Part shown: positions 8,564-18,811 of the stretch, one piece after another
Position numbering within the stretch: position 1 is the first letter of the stretch
Layout of the letters: each line of letters begins with the position of its first letter
Virus record (IMG/VR): IMGVR_UViG_3300020045_003434
Span: 1 to 29,487 of that record
DNA: 29,487 bases
Origin: a virus
Taxonomy: Duplodnaviria; Caudoviricetes
Strand: one strand, 5' to 3'
Program-made: the position numbers and the translations under genes
Notes under the pieces: generated by a model
Seen by the model: only the letters and a program-made list of their open reading frames with translations
The model's database searches: none
What the model was told of the DNA's origin: nothing

Positions 8564-8688
8564 GTTTTATTTATTTTATTATATTTGATTATATCTTTAA
8601 TAGTTTCTTGTTTAGCGAATGATATTAATTTAATAATATCGCTTTTCTTAGTATTATATGATTTCTTAATACCCTCTATATCTTTCAT
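8554..8688 (-). CDS. Small basic hypothetical protein (44 aa), not in the ORF track
   Basis: MKDIEGIKKSYNTKKSDIIKLISFAKQETIKDIIKYNKINKTWK*. Fills the gap, overlaps both neighbours, and is preceded by the TGGTTTTTA motif. Confidence 0.5.
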   Translation of the reverse strand: MKDIEGIKKSYNTKKSDIIKLISFAKQETIKDIIKYNKINKTWK

Positions 8689-9169
8689 CTCCATCTAAAA
8701 ACCAATTAAGTTTAAAACTATTACTACCACAATTGGAAGTATATTCAGGAACTGAATTATCTTTTATCCAATCTTTGAATACTAATTCAACAGCTGCTCC
8801 TAACATATTATATCTAGTAATAAGTTTACTAATTTCGGGTTCATCAACAGCAGATGAATTTTCAGGGACATGTCTATATATACCTCCATTACTTATTTGG
8901 AATGAACCGAATTGTACGTAATGACTAGCTGAATAATAAACTAACATATCAACTACGAATTCTTCATAAATAGTTAAATATAAATCAGCTAAAGCATCGG
9001 TTTCGAAATCAGCTACTATTTTATTATATAAAGGAATACCTAATATTCTACGTATTTCATTTTTCTGAGCAGTATATATGAATGGAGTTAAATTATCTAC
9101 ATCTATATTACCAGATAATTTGGTTAACTTAGGAAGGTCGTTTGCTCTTAGGAGTAATGTAGTGCTCAT
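8666..9169 (-). CDS. Putative head-tail adaptor/connector
   Basis: 167 aa directly after the portal; GNIDVDNL.PFI..AQ...IRRILG..LY pattern of head-completion proteins. Confidence 0.6.
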   Translation of the reverse strand: MSTTLLLRANDLPKLTKLSGNIDVDNLTPFIYTAQKNEIRRILGIPLYNKIVADFETDALADLYLTIYEEFVVDMLVYYSASHYVQFGSFQISNGGIYRHVPENSSAVDEPEISKLITRYNMLGAAVELVFKDWIKDNSVPEYTSNCGSNSFKLNWFLDGDERYRGY

Positions 9170-9173
9170 ATTC

Positions 9174-10301
9174 TTATAATGTTGTTTTAGGTTCTTCTAT
9201 AGCAAATTCCTCGAAATCTTTAAATGCTGGTTTAATATCTGGATTAATTACTGTGAATACTTCTTCCAATCCATCAAGAATTACTTCCCTCATTGGGGAA
9301 ATTACTCTCCTATATAGAGATTGTGTAGCAGTTTTTAATTCATCTGCATTTGAGCCAAGGCCTCCACCACTTCTGTCAGCGCTGAATATAATTACCGGAG
9401 CTGAATGTGCTGTTATTAATTTTTCTTGCGCTACTTCTTCAAAATGAACATATTGGTCGTTTAATCCTACAACTGGGATATCAGTTACTTCAATACCCTT
9501 ATCTTTATCTTCATTAAATGAAACAATTACTTTATTTGTGTTATTAGTTCCAGTTAATTGTCTAATTATTTTACCTTTATATTCAGCTTTTAATTCTTCT
9601 GTTGGAGGTACACCATTATTGCAATTAACTACTTTAGTACCTTGAAATCCATTTAATACGTGATTAATTGAACTATTTGCTAATTCCATCTCTAATTGAG
9701 CATATTGTAAACCTGAAACATAATCAGGATTAGCGAAGAATGAATTACTAGATGGTCTTTGAATCATTAATATTTCTAAATCTTGACCTTTAGTATAAAC
9801 TCCGTTATATTTAGGTATTAATTTAGGTTTATATTTTCCTATTTGTTCCCAATCGAAGCAATACCAATATCCATCAGTTAAATTATTTTTATCTAGATTA
9901 AGCCCTAATTTAAACACTGGGATGTATTTAATTAATATGGGTTTTTTATCTGCAGGATTTAATGCTGAATTCCATATCACTTGAACTGCATAAGCACCAT
10001 AAGTTTTATAATCTTGACATATTAACCTAACATCAGATTTTTTAATATATTTATTTATATTAGTACCACCTAAATCGATTAATCCATCAGCATATATATA
10101 ATTAACAAATCCATTAATTATACCAGCATTAGTTGGAGAACCTTCATAGCAATCTTTAATATAAGTATAAAATCCATTATTATCTCCATTCAATGTCCAT
10201 TTTCTTGATATAGCTGGAACTATTGAAGGTTGAACATATTTAGAATATTCAATTATTTGGATTTCATAATCTTGTGTTGTTTTTGGTGTTATATTTTCCA
10301 T
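9174..10301 (-). CDS. Portal protein
   Basis: 375 aa; SPTNAGII...YI.ADG, YGAYAVQV, PDY.SG, NGF, LTGTNN..KVIVSF, ITAH...GLGSNADEL pattern of Bacteroidota-phage portals. Confidence 0.85.
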   Translation of the reverse strand: MENITPKTTQDYEIQIIEYSKYVQPSIVPAISRKWTLNGDNNGFYTYIKDCYEGSPTNAGIINGFVNYIYADGLIDLGGTNINKYIKKSDVRLICQDYKTYGAYAVQVIWNSALNPADKKPILIKYIPVFKLGLNLDKNNLTDGYWYCFDWEQIGKYKPKLIPKYNGVYTKGQDLEILMIQRPSSNSFFANPDYVSGLQYAQLEMELANSSINHVLNGFQGTKVVNCNNGVPPTEELKAEYKGKIIRQLTGTNNTNKVIVSFNEDKDKGIEVTDIPVVGLNDQYVHFEEVAQEKLITAHSAPVIIFSADRSGGGLGSNADELKTATQSLYRRVISPMREVILDGLEEVFTVINPDIKPAFKDFEEFAIEEPKTTL

Positions 10302-10675
10302 TAAAAAGTTATCTTATCATTAGTAATAGTAGCGTGTTTGTAATTTTGTATATCCTTCCCTGAATCAACCATCATTATTAACCCTTTATATATAGTATCA
10401 GTTTCTGAATTTAAATTAATTTCAAATTTCTCAGATACTCTTAAACTACTAGTAGGGATAAATATATCTAAATAATCTTCATTTATAATCCATGAAAATT
10501 GAGGATATATTGTGTTATCTAAAAGTTGATTTCTTAATTCAAGTGATAATAATGAAGAGGATGTAGGATACTCTCTAGGTACTAATGAAAATTTATATCC
10601 TTCATCTATAATTGACCCGCTAGATATACTACCAGATGGAATACTTGACAAACTTCCACTTTCTATTATTTTCAT
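10301..10675 (-). CDS. Hypothetical virion protein (start probably MKIIES at 10675)
   Basis: ORF between tail tube and portal, with the late motif TTGTTTTCA 12 nt upstream of this ATG. Confidence 0.6.
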   Translation of the reverse strand: MKIIESGSLSSIPSGSISSGSIIDEGYKFSLVPREYPTSSSLLSLELRNQLLDNTIYPQFSWIINEDYLDIFIPTSSLRVSEKFEINLNSETDTIYKGLIMMVDSGKDIQNYKHATITNDKITF

Positions 10676-10718
10676 ATTATTTTTATTTGAAAACAATTAC
10701 ATCAATATTCGTATTGAC

Positions 10719-10746
10719 AAAAAAACCCACAATAAAGTGGGCTTAA
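10719..10746 (-). terminator. Intrinsic terminator after the tail-tube gene
   Basis: Minus strand AAGCCCAC-TTTATT-GTGGGTT followed by a T run. Confidence 0.75.
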
Positions 10747-10767
10747 TTTAAATTGTAATATTTATTA

Positions 10768-11295
10768 TTAAATTCCGTTTACAACTAATGCAGCGTAAGC
10801 AGATTTTCCAGCTGGTGAAAGAATATTATAAGGTTCTGGTTCAGCTGATGTGAATATAAGTGTATATCCTGACATATCAGCTTTAGCTCCACCAGTAGCA
10901 ATAGTACCACCAGTTAATTCTGAACCATTTGATATACCTGTTACAATTATATCTCCGTTATATGTTTCAATGAATGGAACTATTTCTCCCATTGCTAACA
11001 TTTTAATTTCATTTCTAGTATCTACATCTAATTTTTGTAATACTAAATTTAAAGTACCATTATAAGAAGTACTTCTAGTTTCAGTGTCAGATACGATTTC
11101 TTCAGAATATGTATTTCCAGCATTTTTTAATTCATATCTATATATTGAACCTGTAGGTAATGTAGATATAGACCCTGTAGTGGCCGTAATTAAATTTAGT
11201 GAATCATATACTTGGAATCCGACAGCTTTAAACCCTCCTTGTCCACCTTTGCAGGCTAATTTTCTACCTTTAGATAGAGTTATGCATGATGCCAT
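10768..11295 (-). CDS. Putative major tail (tube) protein
   Basis: 175 aa after the MCP; C...GR..ACK...GG...GGTIATGGAKADMSGYTLIFT pattern, beta-rich; followed by a terminator. Confidence 0.6.
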   Translation of the reverse strand: MASCITLSKGRKLACKGGQGGFKAVGFQVYDSLNLITATTGSISTLPTGSIYRYELKNAGNTYSEEIVSDTETRSTSYNGTLNLVLQKLDVDTRNEIKMLAMGEIVPFIETYNGDIIVTGISNGSELTGGTIATGGAKADMSGYTLIFTSAEPEPYNILSPAGKSAYAALVVNGI

Positions 11296-11321
11296 ATTAT
11301 TTATATTTTATTTATTAAGAA

Positions 11322-11348
11322 AGGGGATGGATATGAACCCTATCCCCT
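11322..11348. terminator. Hairpin between MCP and tail tube (partial terminator or mRNA stabiliser)
   Basis: AGGGGAT...ATCCCCT inverted repeat. Confidence 0.5.
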
Positions 11349-11374
11349 ACTAAGGTTATTTATATTTTATCTAA

Positions 11375-12268
11375 TTAGATAACTCTAGACCAAACAATTT
11401 CTGCACCAAATGAATAACCAACACCTGCGTTGAATTTCATTGAAGTTCTAACCATACCATCTAATGATACTTCATCGTGGTCTACCACTCTTACATCATT
11501 TAAATCTGATTCAATACCTGTTGCAAATGCTACGTTAAGAACTCTATAAGCTACTATTGTATTAGCAGGTAAACCACCAATTGATTCAACTCTAGCACCT
11601 AAGTAATCTAATTCTTTATTACCAACTGTAGTATTTAATCCCATTTTAGCTTGAGCTGCTTTATAAGCTGATGCTACGTTTTTAGATACTGCGAATACTA
11701 CTTCACCTTCTACTTCTGCTGGAATTGCATTATAAACTGCTTCAAATGAACCTGTAACGTTAGCTACTGTTACTACTGAACCTGATACATCAATTACATC
11801 AGCATCTGCAGCGAATTGAGCTAACAAACCATTAAATGAAGCTGATACGTTGTTACCTTGCCATATTTCATAATCGATTTTAGCTCCAGCGTTATTAATC
11901 ATAGCTAACAAGATAGCTTCTTTAATATCTGCAGGTACATCTTCAGTATGTGCTGAGAAGAAACCAGCATTTAATGCTTGGAATGTTTGAGCGAAATCTT
12001 TCTTACAAAGTTCGTGTTGAATTTGATATTGTTTAGTCTCTACCGTTTTATCAGTTAATGTAACTGCTCCATTTGGATTCCATCCACATGCAGCTAATGC
12101 TAAATTTGCTGAATATGATAATTTAGGTAAGAATGCAGAACCAATTACATTTGGTAATACGGTAATCATACCTTTACCTATTGTATCTGCTTTTTTGAAT
12201 GCTTGTACGAATATTTCACCGGCTTGTACCCCTGTGAACGCACTATTTACTGTTACTGTTGTTGCCAT
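11375..12268 (-). CDS. Major capsid protein (HK97-fold)
   Basis: 297 aa downstream of the protease/scaffold; LCKKDF...EIWQG...FNGL...AVYNAIP...FATG..SD.N pattern of Bacteroidota-phage MCPs. Confidence 0.85.
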   Translation of the reverse strand: MATTVTVNSAFTGVQAGEIFVQAFKKADTIGKGMITVLPNVIGSAFLPKLSYSANLALAACGWNPNGAVTLTDKTVETKQYQIQHELCKKDFAQTFQALNAGFFSAHTEDVPADIKEAILLAMINNAGAKIDYEIWQGNNVSASFNGLLAQFAADADVIDVSGSVVTVANVTGSFEAVYNAIPAEVEGEVVFAVSKNVASAYKAAQAKMGLNTTVGNKELDYLGARVESIGGLPANTIVAYRVLNVAFATGIESDLNDVRVVDHDEVSLDGMVRTSMKFNAGVGYSFGAEIVWSRVI

Positions 12269-12290
12269 TTATTTTATTAATTTTTATTTG

Positions 12291-13979
12291 TTATTTTAAT
12301 CCTCTAATTACTTCTAATGTTGATTTTTGGTTATTTGATTTACTTACTTCAACTGGAGCGTCTACTATACCAATTGATGCTGGTTTATCTTTAGACATAT
12401 TAATTGCTTCTGTTTCTTTTAAAACAAGGTCTGCTTCTAACTTATTAATTTTAGTTTCAGCATCAGCTAATTTAGCTTCTAATTCAGCAATTTTAGCATC
12501 TTTATCATCAACAGCGATTTCTTCTTCAGCTGCCATATTAATTTTCCAAAATGGAGATTCTGAATTTTTATTTGTTGAAACTATTTCCCCATTTTCATCG
12601 GTTCCATAAGTAATACCTTGATATTCTATTGAAGCTGATGGGATTATATTTTTATCAACATCATAAACTATTTGTCCTAATGATAACCATGAAGTGTAGT
12701 AATCTACTCCATCTTCTCCTTTAAATGACCATAATTGTTCTGAACTTAATTCAATTTCAGTTTCTACCTCAGTTTCTGCTATAACATCTTCGATAGAATT
12801 GATAACTCCATTTTCATCTGTTTTGTACGTTTTATCTTCATAAACGAATTCGATATTAGGTACAGCAACTCCTTTTGAATCGTAAACTATACTATCTAAT
12901 TCTAATTTATCTACAAAATAAGATAATTCATCAGATATTTTAAGTTCTACTCTTTCTTCATTAGCCAATTGTATTTGAGCTTGTTTCAAAGCGTTTTTGA
13001 ATAATTGTTCTATTTTTTCCATTTTATTTAATTGTATTTCTATTTTTTCTATTGGTTTTAATTTAAATATACTATCTATTGATAATCCGTTTACTAATCC
13101 AGTTTTAACGTAATTATCCCATATGTCTGGATTATCTACTTTCATTGATACCATCCAGGTTCCTTTAGGTACACTAAACCCTAATGATTTAGCTTTATCC
13201 ATTTCAGGGTCTTCTACAATCCAAGATTCAAAAATACAAACACCATCAACTATATCTTCTTTATTATGTTCTAATGTTGAATTAGTTTGATATTTTTGTT
13301 TGAAGAAATTTTGTTGTACTTTTTCAATAGTTTCAGCTGATGCGTATACTTCTGCACCTTTACCTTTAAAATTTCTATATATTCTTTGATTTGGAATTAA
13401 TACAGGTGATACTAATATTCTCTTTTCTTCACTCTGCATTTTAATTTCTATTTTAATAGCAGGTTTATCATCTGAGAATTGTAGTGGGATAAATCCAGTA
13501 GCTGGGTCATTCACTAATGATACTCCATATACACCAGGTACTTCATCGTCGAATATCATTTCGAATAAATCGTTTTCCATTTTATTATTATTATTATTTG
13601 TTTGTTCTGAATAATTTAATCGTTCTACAGCACTATCGTCTACTACACCTTTATCTATTTCGTAAGGTAATCCATCTTCGTCTATACCAACTAGTATTTC
13701 TCTCCATACGTGTTTACAATTGGCTCCACCTCGATATTTGAATATACTATATTTATTAGTACCTTTCTTAGCAAAATCACTATTTAAACCTTGAAATGAC
13801 ATCACATTGATATCAGCTCGAGTATATAATTTATTTAAAGCGAGCATTATTTTACAGAATGAACGTTGTGCTGCAGGTCCGCTATAACGATAAAATGTAC
13901 CTTCTTCTAGTTTATTATCTACTGCATATGCAATTTCTAATATTCTATTTTCTTGTTCTTCTGTTAAAACTAAACACAT
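12291..13979 (-). CDS. Prohead protease (XkdF-like)/scaffold, with an N-terminal Cys/His minor-head-like domain
   Basis: EEKRIL.SPVLIPN..IYR...TLEH...ESWIV...PKGTWMVSMKV.N..IW...GLSID protease core; N-terminal RSFC...GGANCKHVW; acidic coiled-coil C-terminus. Confidence 0.8.
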   Translation of the reverse strand: MCLVLTEEQENRILEIAYAVDNKLEEGTFYRYSGPAAQRSFCKIMLALNKLYTRADINVMSFQGLNSDFAKKGTNKYSIFKYRGGANCKHVWREILVGIDEDGLPYEIDKGVVDDSAVERLNYSEQTNNNNNKMENDLFEMIFDDEVPGVYGVSLVNDPATGFIPLQFSDDKPAIKIEIKMQSEEKRILVSPVLIPNQRIYRNFKGKGAEVYASAETIEKVQQNFFKQKYQTNSTLEHNKEDIVDGVCIFESWIVEDPEMDKAKSLGFSVPKGTWMVSMKVDNPDIWDNYVKTGLVNGLSIDSIFKLKPIEKIEIQLNKMEKIEQLFKNALKQAQIQLANEERVELKISDELSYFVDKLELDSIVYDSKGVAVPNIEFVYEDKTYKTDENGVINSIEDVIAETEVETEIELSSEQLWSFKGEDGVDYYTSWLSLGQIVYDVDKNIIPSASIEYQGITYGTDENGEIVSTNKNSESPFWKINMAAEEEIAVDDKDAKIAELEAKLADAETKINKLEADLVLKETEAINMSKDKPASIGIVDAPVEVSKSNNQKSTLEVIRGLK

Positions 13980-14039
13980 GTCTATTTTTAATTAAAAACA
14001 AGTAATTATTTTATTTTATTAAATATTGAAATATATAAA

Positions 14040-14500
14040 CTTTATGAACTATTTATGCAAGCTTATTTGGTTATTAGAGGTAGATAATTCCAAATATATT
14101 TATATGAAAGTAATCAGTGAGGGCCGAGGTGATAATTTATATATCTCGTATATTTGGATGTCCTAGAGAAATAATATTACGCATTATTAGAAATGCAAAA
14201 GTTATAGACTCTGTAAGTAATTATTCTGATTCTGGATAGAGAGGGGAGTAGAGGTTAAGATTTCTGAAGTATATAATCAGCTCATAAAATCTCCCCTTAT
14301 TATTTGTTAACACGTAAGCTGAATACGTCAGACATAATCACTCCCATTATAATCTACTCCACATATCAGCTAGAAACGATTCCAAATTCCAACATTTATA
14401 AATTGAATTAGTTTAAATTATAGACATGTTATTCTCCCAATATAATGAGATATTCTATAAGATAGGTAAATTAAGAATCGTATCCATAGCCTTTCTTATC
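14040..14500. other. ORF-free structured intergenic region A (candidate ncRNA or cis-acting site)
   Basis: No ORF of 60 aa or more in an otherwise dense genome; complementary segments AGGGGAG/CTCCCCT, GGAGTAGA/TCTACTCC and TCAGCT/AGCTGA. Confidence 0.45.
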
Positions 14501-14504
14501 TAAT

Positions 14505-14594
14505 AATCAACGCGAAATTTGCGATTTAACGCATCTTTATTATTAATCAACCAAATATATTAAGACATAAAAACAGCGCCGTAAAGCGCTGATT
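14505..14594. repeat. Dispersed periodic repeat, degenerate inverted pair
   Basis: AATCAACGCGAAATTTGCGATTTAACGCA (14505-14533) ... CAAATATA ... CGCCGTAAAGCGCTGATT (14577-14594). Confidence 0.75.
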
Positions 14595-14611
14595 CTAATT
14601 GATTATCGATA

Positions 14612-16420
14612 TTAAATACTAGTTTTATCTATAACATTTCTATCTAATTGTTGTTGTGTAGTCATTTCAGATGATACAACGTATGCTTTAATAGGAGCTT
14701 GTGTAGCTTGTCCTCTATTTATAGTAGTAGCTACTTGATTCTCAGATGATGAAACGAATGATACGTTAGGTGCTATTGATGCTGCTCCACCACCACCACT
14801 ACCTCCACCACTAAATCCACCACCTCCTAAGGCACCTAATGCTTTACTTACATTAGAGGCATTAGCAACTGTTTGTGCTATACCTGTAACTGCAATAGCA
14901 GCTGCTTTAATAGCCCCTTCATAAACATTTGATGATGTACCTATAGCATTCATAATACCGGATGCTGTATTTGCTCCAATCATAGCTAAATTAACAACAC
15001 CTTGTAATTTAATACTTCTTGCTTGTGCTTGTTTACTTTTACCTTCAGTAGCAGCATTAACAGCAAGTATAGCATCTCCAGTGGCAAATGCAAGGTCTAA
15101 TTTATACTGAGACATAGCATTATCAGTATTTTTAGAATCTTCAAGTTGGTCAGCACGCATTTGATTTAATCTATCAACATCAGATTGCATTTTAGAAACA
15201 GTTTCATCTTCTTCTTCTATTTCTTGCTCTTTCTTAATTGCTTTTAGAGCAGCAAGACCCTCTTCCATTTTAACAGTCTCTTCTATTTGAATATCTGCTA
15301 ATTTTTTATAATGTTGTCTAGTTAATTCCTCAGTTGATTTATGACCTTCTTCAAGTACTTTTTTCTTTTCTTGATATTCTCTATTTTCTTTTTCTGCTGG
15401 AGTTTCAAAAGATAAACTTAATTGTGTTTCTACTTCCTTAGCAGCTTTAATAGCTTCTAATTCTTTATCTCTAGCTTTATCATTAGCAGCTTTAGTATCA
15501 GCAATTTTTTTATCATTAATTACTTTTATTTCAGCATTTTGTTCAATTTGTGCTTGTAATTCTGCTTTATATTGATTATCTCTAGCTACAGGTACAGCTT
15601 TAGCAGCATCATCACTTAATTTTTGAGCAGCTTCATAAGTTGCTTTAGCTTTTTTAATTACTTCTTCATCATTACTTATTAATGCCTCAGTATATGCATT
15701 ACTTGCTTTTACAGCATTATTATATGCATCTGCTCTACTAATAATAGATTCTGATACAGCTCTATCATTTTGTGCTTTAATTAACTTACGTATTTCAGCT
15801 GTAGTAGCTCCTAATGCTCTAGCACGTAATATTTCAATATCATTATTAACTGTAGATTTACTTGAGGCTTCTGCAATATTTTCTCCTAATTCTTTAGTAG
15901 ATTGAGCGGCTTTATCAACAGATAATTTGGTTTTATTTAATTGTTCGCTTGATTCTTCTTGTTTATTAACAAAATATACAGTAGCGGCAGCAGCTGATGC
16001 AATTAATGATGCTAATAAAATATATGGGTTAGCCTTTGCAACTAAATTGAATGCTCTTTGGGCAATAGTTAAATTTTCAGTAGCAACAGTTGCTGTTACT
16101 GTAGCAGTTGCCTGTACTTCTGTAGCAACCGTATCTGCTTTTTTAGAACTAATAAATAATACTGATGCCTCAACAGCATCTTTAACCATCATAGCATATC
16201 CACCAGTAAGGTCATTTAATAACCCCATAGCTCCACCATTCTCTAATACAGCATTGGCATTACTTTTAAATGCATTAGTACTTTTATTAGTAGAAGCAAC
16301 CTGATTATCAGTTGATGTAGTAGTTTTATCTATACTCTGATTTAAATTATCAACATCACCTTGTACTTGTGTAGCATTAGATTCGAAATTTAAATCTATA
16401 TTTCTAATTTCATCTGCCAT
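14612..16420 (-). CDS. Tape measure protein
   Basis: 602 aa, Ala/Lys/Glu-rich and helical; AQRAFNLVAKANPY motif; Gly-rich linker and C-terminal PIKAYVVSSEMT. Confidence 0.75.
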   Translation of the reverse strand: MADEIRNIDLNFESNATQVQGDVDNLNQSIDKTTTSTDNQVASTNKSTNAFKSNANAVLENGGAMGLLNDLTGGYAMMVKDAVEASVLFISSKKADTVATEVQATATVTATVATENLTIAQRAFNLVAKANPYILLASLIASAAAATVYFVNKQEESSEQLNKTKLSVDKAAQSTKELGENIAEASSKSTVNNDIEILRARALGATTAEIRKLIKAQNDRAVSESIISRADAYNNAVKASNAYTEALISNDEEVIKKAKATYEAAQKLSDDAAKAVPVARDNQYKAELQAQIEQNAEIKVINDKKIADTKAANDKARDKELEAIKAAKEVETQLSLSFETPAEKENREYQEKKKVLEEGHKSTEELTRQHYKKLADIQIEETVKMEEGLAALKAIKKEQEIEEEDETVSKMQSDVDRLNQMRADQLEDSKNTDNAMSQYKLDLAFATGDAILAVNAATEGKSKQAQARSIKLQGVVNLAMIGANTASGIMNAIGTSSNVYEGAIKAAAIAVTGIAQTVANASNVSKALGALGGGGFSGGGSGGGGAASIAPNVSFVSSSENQVATTINRGQATQAPIKAYVVSSEMTTQQQLDRNVIDKTSI

Positions 16421-16569
16421 TATTTCTTAAATTTGTATTTACGATTCATTTTTTGTATAGATTCTTTCAAATTATCAGATTTCTTATACCATCCTTTTAA
16501 TATTTCAATTTCAGGACTAGTGTTAAACCAATCCTGACTATTTATTAATTTATTTAATTCTTTGAACAT
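16420..16569 (-). CDS. Small hypothetical protein (49 aa), not in the ORF track
   Basis: MFKELNKLINSQDWFNTSPEIEILKGWYKKSDNLKESIQKMNRKYKFKK*. TAATG coupling to the TMP start; late motif 11 nt upstream. Confidence 0.7.
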   Translation of the reverse strand: MFKELNKLINSQDWFNTSPEIEILKGWYKKSDNLKESIQKMNRKYKFKK

Positions 16570-16603
16570 ATATTTTTATTTAAAAACAATGGTGTATTTA
16601 TTA

Positions 16604-18811
16604 TTATACTATAGAACTATTTTGAATATTAATCAATGATAATTTGAATTTACCATTTAATATATTAATAGTTGCTTCTTCAATCCTGAATTTTTCTTCC
16701 CCAATTATTATATTATTACGCATATCGAAATCTATTATTTTATTAGGTGGGAAGGTCCCAGTAAAAACGTATACAAAACTATTAGGTGTATTTATTTTAT
16801 CAATAGTTGTTTCATAACCATTCTTATATAAATTATATTCATTATATATAAATTGAGCAGGTAGTATATTTACTTCATCTTTAAAACCTAATGAATTAGT
16901 ATACAATTCAGGTATATCGAAATCAGAAAGTCCTGATTTAACATATTGAGTAACTTCTCTAGTAAGAAATGGGAAACCAGCATCTTCTACTCTAAATCCG
17001 AAAGATATTGGATTAAAACTACTATCAATAAGACTCGTTATTTCGTTCTTATATAATAATGTTAATTCACCCCAATTTGGTTTATATTTCCCTCCAGTAC
17101 TTACTGGTCCATAAACGGCATCATCTACAGGTGCTGAACTATCAAATCCATATTGAGTTTGTACTAATGTATTTGTTATTATTCTAGGTGGTACAATAGA
17201 AAATTTAGTTTCAATTGTGTATTCACCACTGGCGTATTCATTTGGGTTTGTATATAATAATTGTCCAAAAGCTTTTGAATTAGTATTATTAACTAAAGCA
17301 GCAGCAATATCAACATTACTTCTATATTTTGAATTAGTATGAGTAAATTTATATGTTTTATATATTGTTTTAGATTGTAATGACGTTTCTTCAATATCAA
17401 CATATTTAGTATAATCCTCTTCATTATTGGAATAGAAATCTGATGGTGTATCAAAATATAATTTATTTGAACTACCATTCTCTCTAACACGTATATTAAA
17501 CATCTTAAAAAATGATGAAAGAAAATCAATAATTTTCATATCTGGAATCAGAGAAAATATATTAACAATGCTATTTCCACTACTTAAAGTATTACCATTA
17601 CTATATTTTTTATATTTAGCAACAGAAAACGGACGTCTGATTTCTATTCCATAATTTACATTTGTTAATGATACTAAAGTATTAAATGTAACATTAATTT
17701 TAAAAAGTAAAGGTGATGATGGTCCTATTCCATTATAATAATCTTTTCCTAATGGTAATATACTTACTATCTGATTACCTTGATTTAATCCAGTTGTTTG
17801 TTCAAATATATTTTGACCAAAAGATGGAGATAATGGTCTCATATCAATATATTCAATTTTAACTGACACTTCTTCATCAATAGGAAATATAACATTTGGA
17901 GTCATATATAAATAAAAATTACCATTCTGAGACTCTTCAATTGAACCATTGAAAGTTCTAGTAATAGTAAATACTTCAGTACTTAAACTTGCTGATATGT
18001 TCCAACTATGAGGTAAAGGTGGATAACCTGGAGGTGATATAGGAAGTTGGTCTGAATAAGACCCAAAAGCATTTTGAATATCCATTGTTTTAGTTTCAGC
18101 TTCTAATTTTTCCTTTGTTAAATGGATATATAAGTTGGTATATTCAGTTCTAGCGAATAATGGGGCTTCAACATCTAAATCATAATAATCAAATATTTTA
18201 TCCATTACATACTTAAATTGCATTGCAGGACGTAATTCAGAATAATCAATAGCTTTAGGAATAGTTGTTGTAGAATTAATCCATTTTATATCATTACTTC
18301 CACTCCCATAAGTTAATAATCGTTTATTTGATATTAATGGAACGTAATAATCATCGACTGCTGGAGTTGTCATTGCAAAGAAGAAATTATCTGCAGTCCA
18401 GCTTATAGGATAATAAACTCCTAAATCATTTATTGTATCTTCTCCTATTTTATCTTTCAATGAACTAACTCCACTTAAGAAATTAATAGAATATTGTGAA
18501 AATGAATTTAATTTTCTTTTACCATCATTAATTGATATTTTACCTGTTTTATATATTTTTTTATTTACATATAATTTAGCATTAATCAATCTATTTTTAT
18601 TACCTCCAATATCAGTATGGAAATAGTAATTTAATATTTTATTATTTTTAGGAGATGCTGGAACAGTAAATGTCTGAGAATATGTAGAGAATACCTTTCC
18701 AATATCACTCATATCCTTTAATTTGTATTGGATATTGATATCTTCGTCTTCAAACATATCTAGTCTTTCATATTCTCCAGCACTAGTTTCAATATATATT
18801 TCTATTAACAT
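16604..18811 (-). CDS. Tail tip/hub-type structural protein
   Basis: 735 aa; N-terminal RLDMFEDE.I...KD..DI.K..STYSQTFTVPAS.KNN, typical of siphovirus tail-tip proteins. Confidence 0.65.
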   Translation of the reverse strand: MLIEIYIETSAGEYERLDMFEDEDINIQYKLKDMSDIGKVFSTYSQTFTVPASPKNNKILNYYFHTDIGGNKNRLINAKLYVNKKIYKTGKISINDGKRKLNSFSQYSINFLSGVSSLKDKIGEDTINDLGVYYPISWTADNFFFAMTTPAVDDYYVPLISNKRLLTYGSGSNDIKWINSTTTIPKAIDYSELRPAMQFKYVMDKIFDYYDLDVEAPLFARTEYTNLYIHLTKEKLEAETKTMDIQNAFGSYSDQLPISPPGYPPLPHSWNISASLSTEVFTITRTFNGSIEESQNGNFYLYMTPNVIFPIDEEVSVKIEYIDMRPLSPSFGQNIFEQTTGLNQGNQIVSILPLGKDYYNGIGPSSPLLFKINVTFNTLVSLTNVNYGIEIRRPFSVAKYKKYSNGNTLSSGNSIVNIFSLIPDMKIIDFLSSFFKMFNIRVRENGSSNKLYFDTPSDFYSNNEEDYTKYVDIEETSLQSKTIYKTYKFTHTNSKYRSNVDIAAALVNNTNSKAFGQLLYTNPNEYASGEYTIETKFSIVPPRIITNTLVQTQYGFDSSAPVDDAVYGPVSTGGKYKPNWGELTLLYKNEITSLIDSSFNPISFGFRVEDAGFPFLTREVTQYVKSGLSDFDIPELYTNSLGFKDEVNILPAQFIYNEYNLYKNGYETTIDKINTPNSFVYVFTGTFPPNKIIDFDMRNNIIIGEEKFRIEEATINILNGKFKLSLINIQNSSIV

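Noticed and set aside
14040-14500. Group I intron or degraded gene in region A
   Set aside because: It does not interrupt a gene, I could not find convincing P7/R-S core elements, and only very short ORFs (e.g. 20 aa from 14104) are visible.
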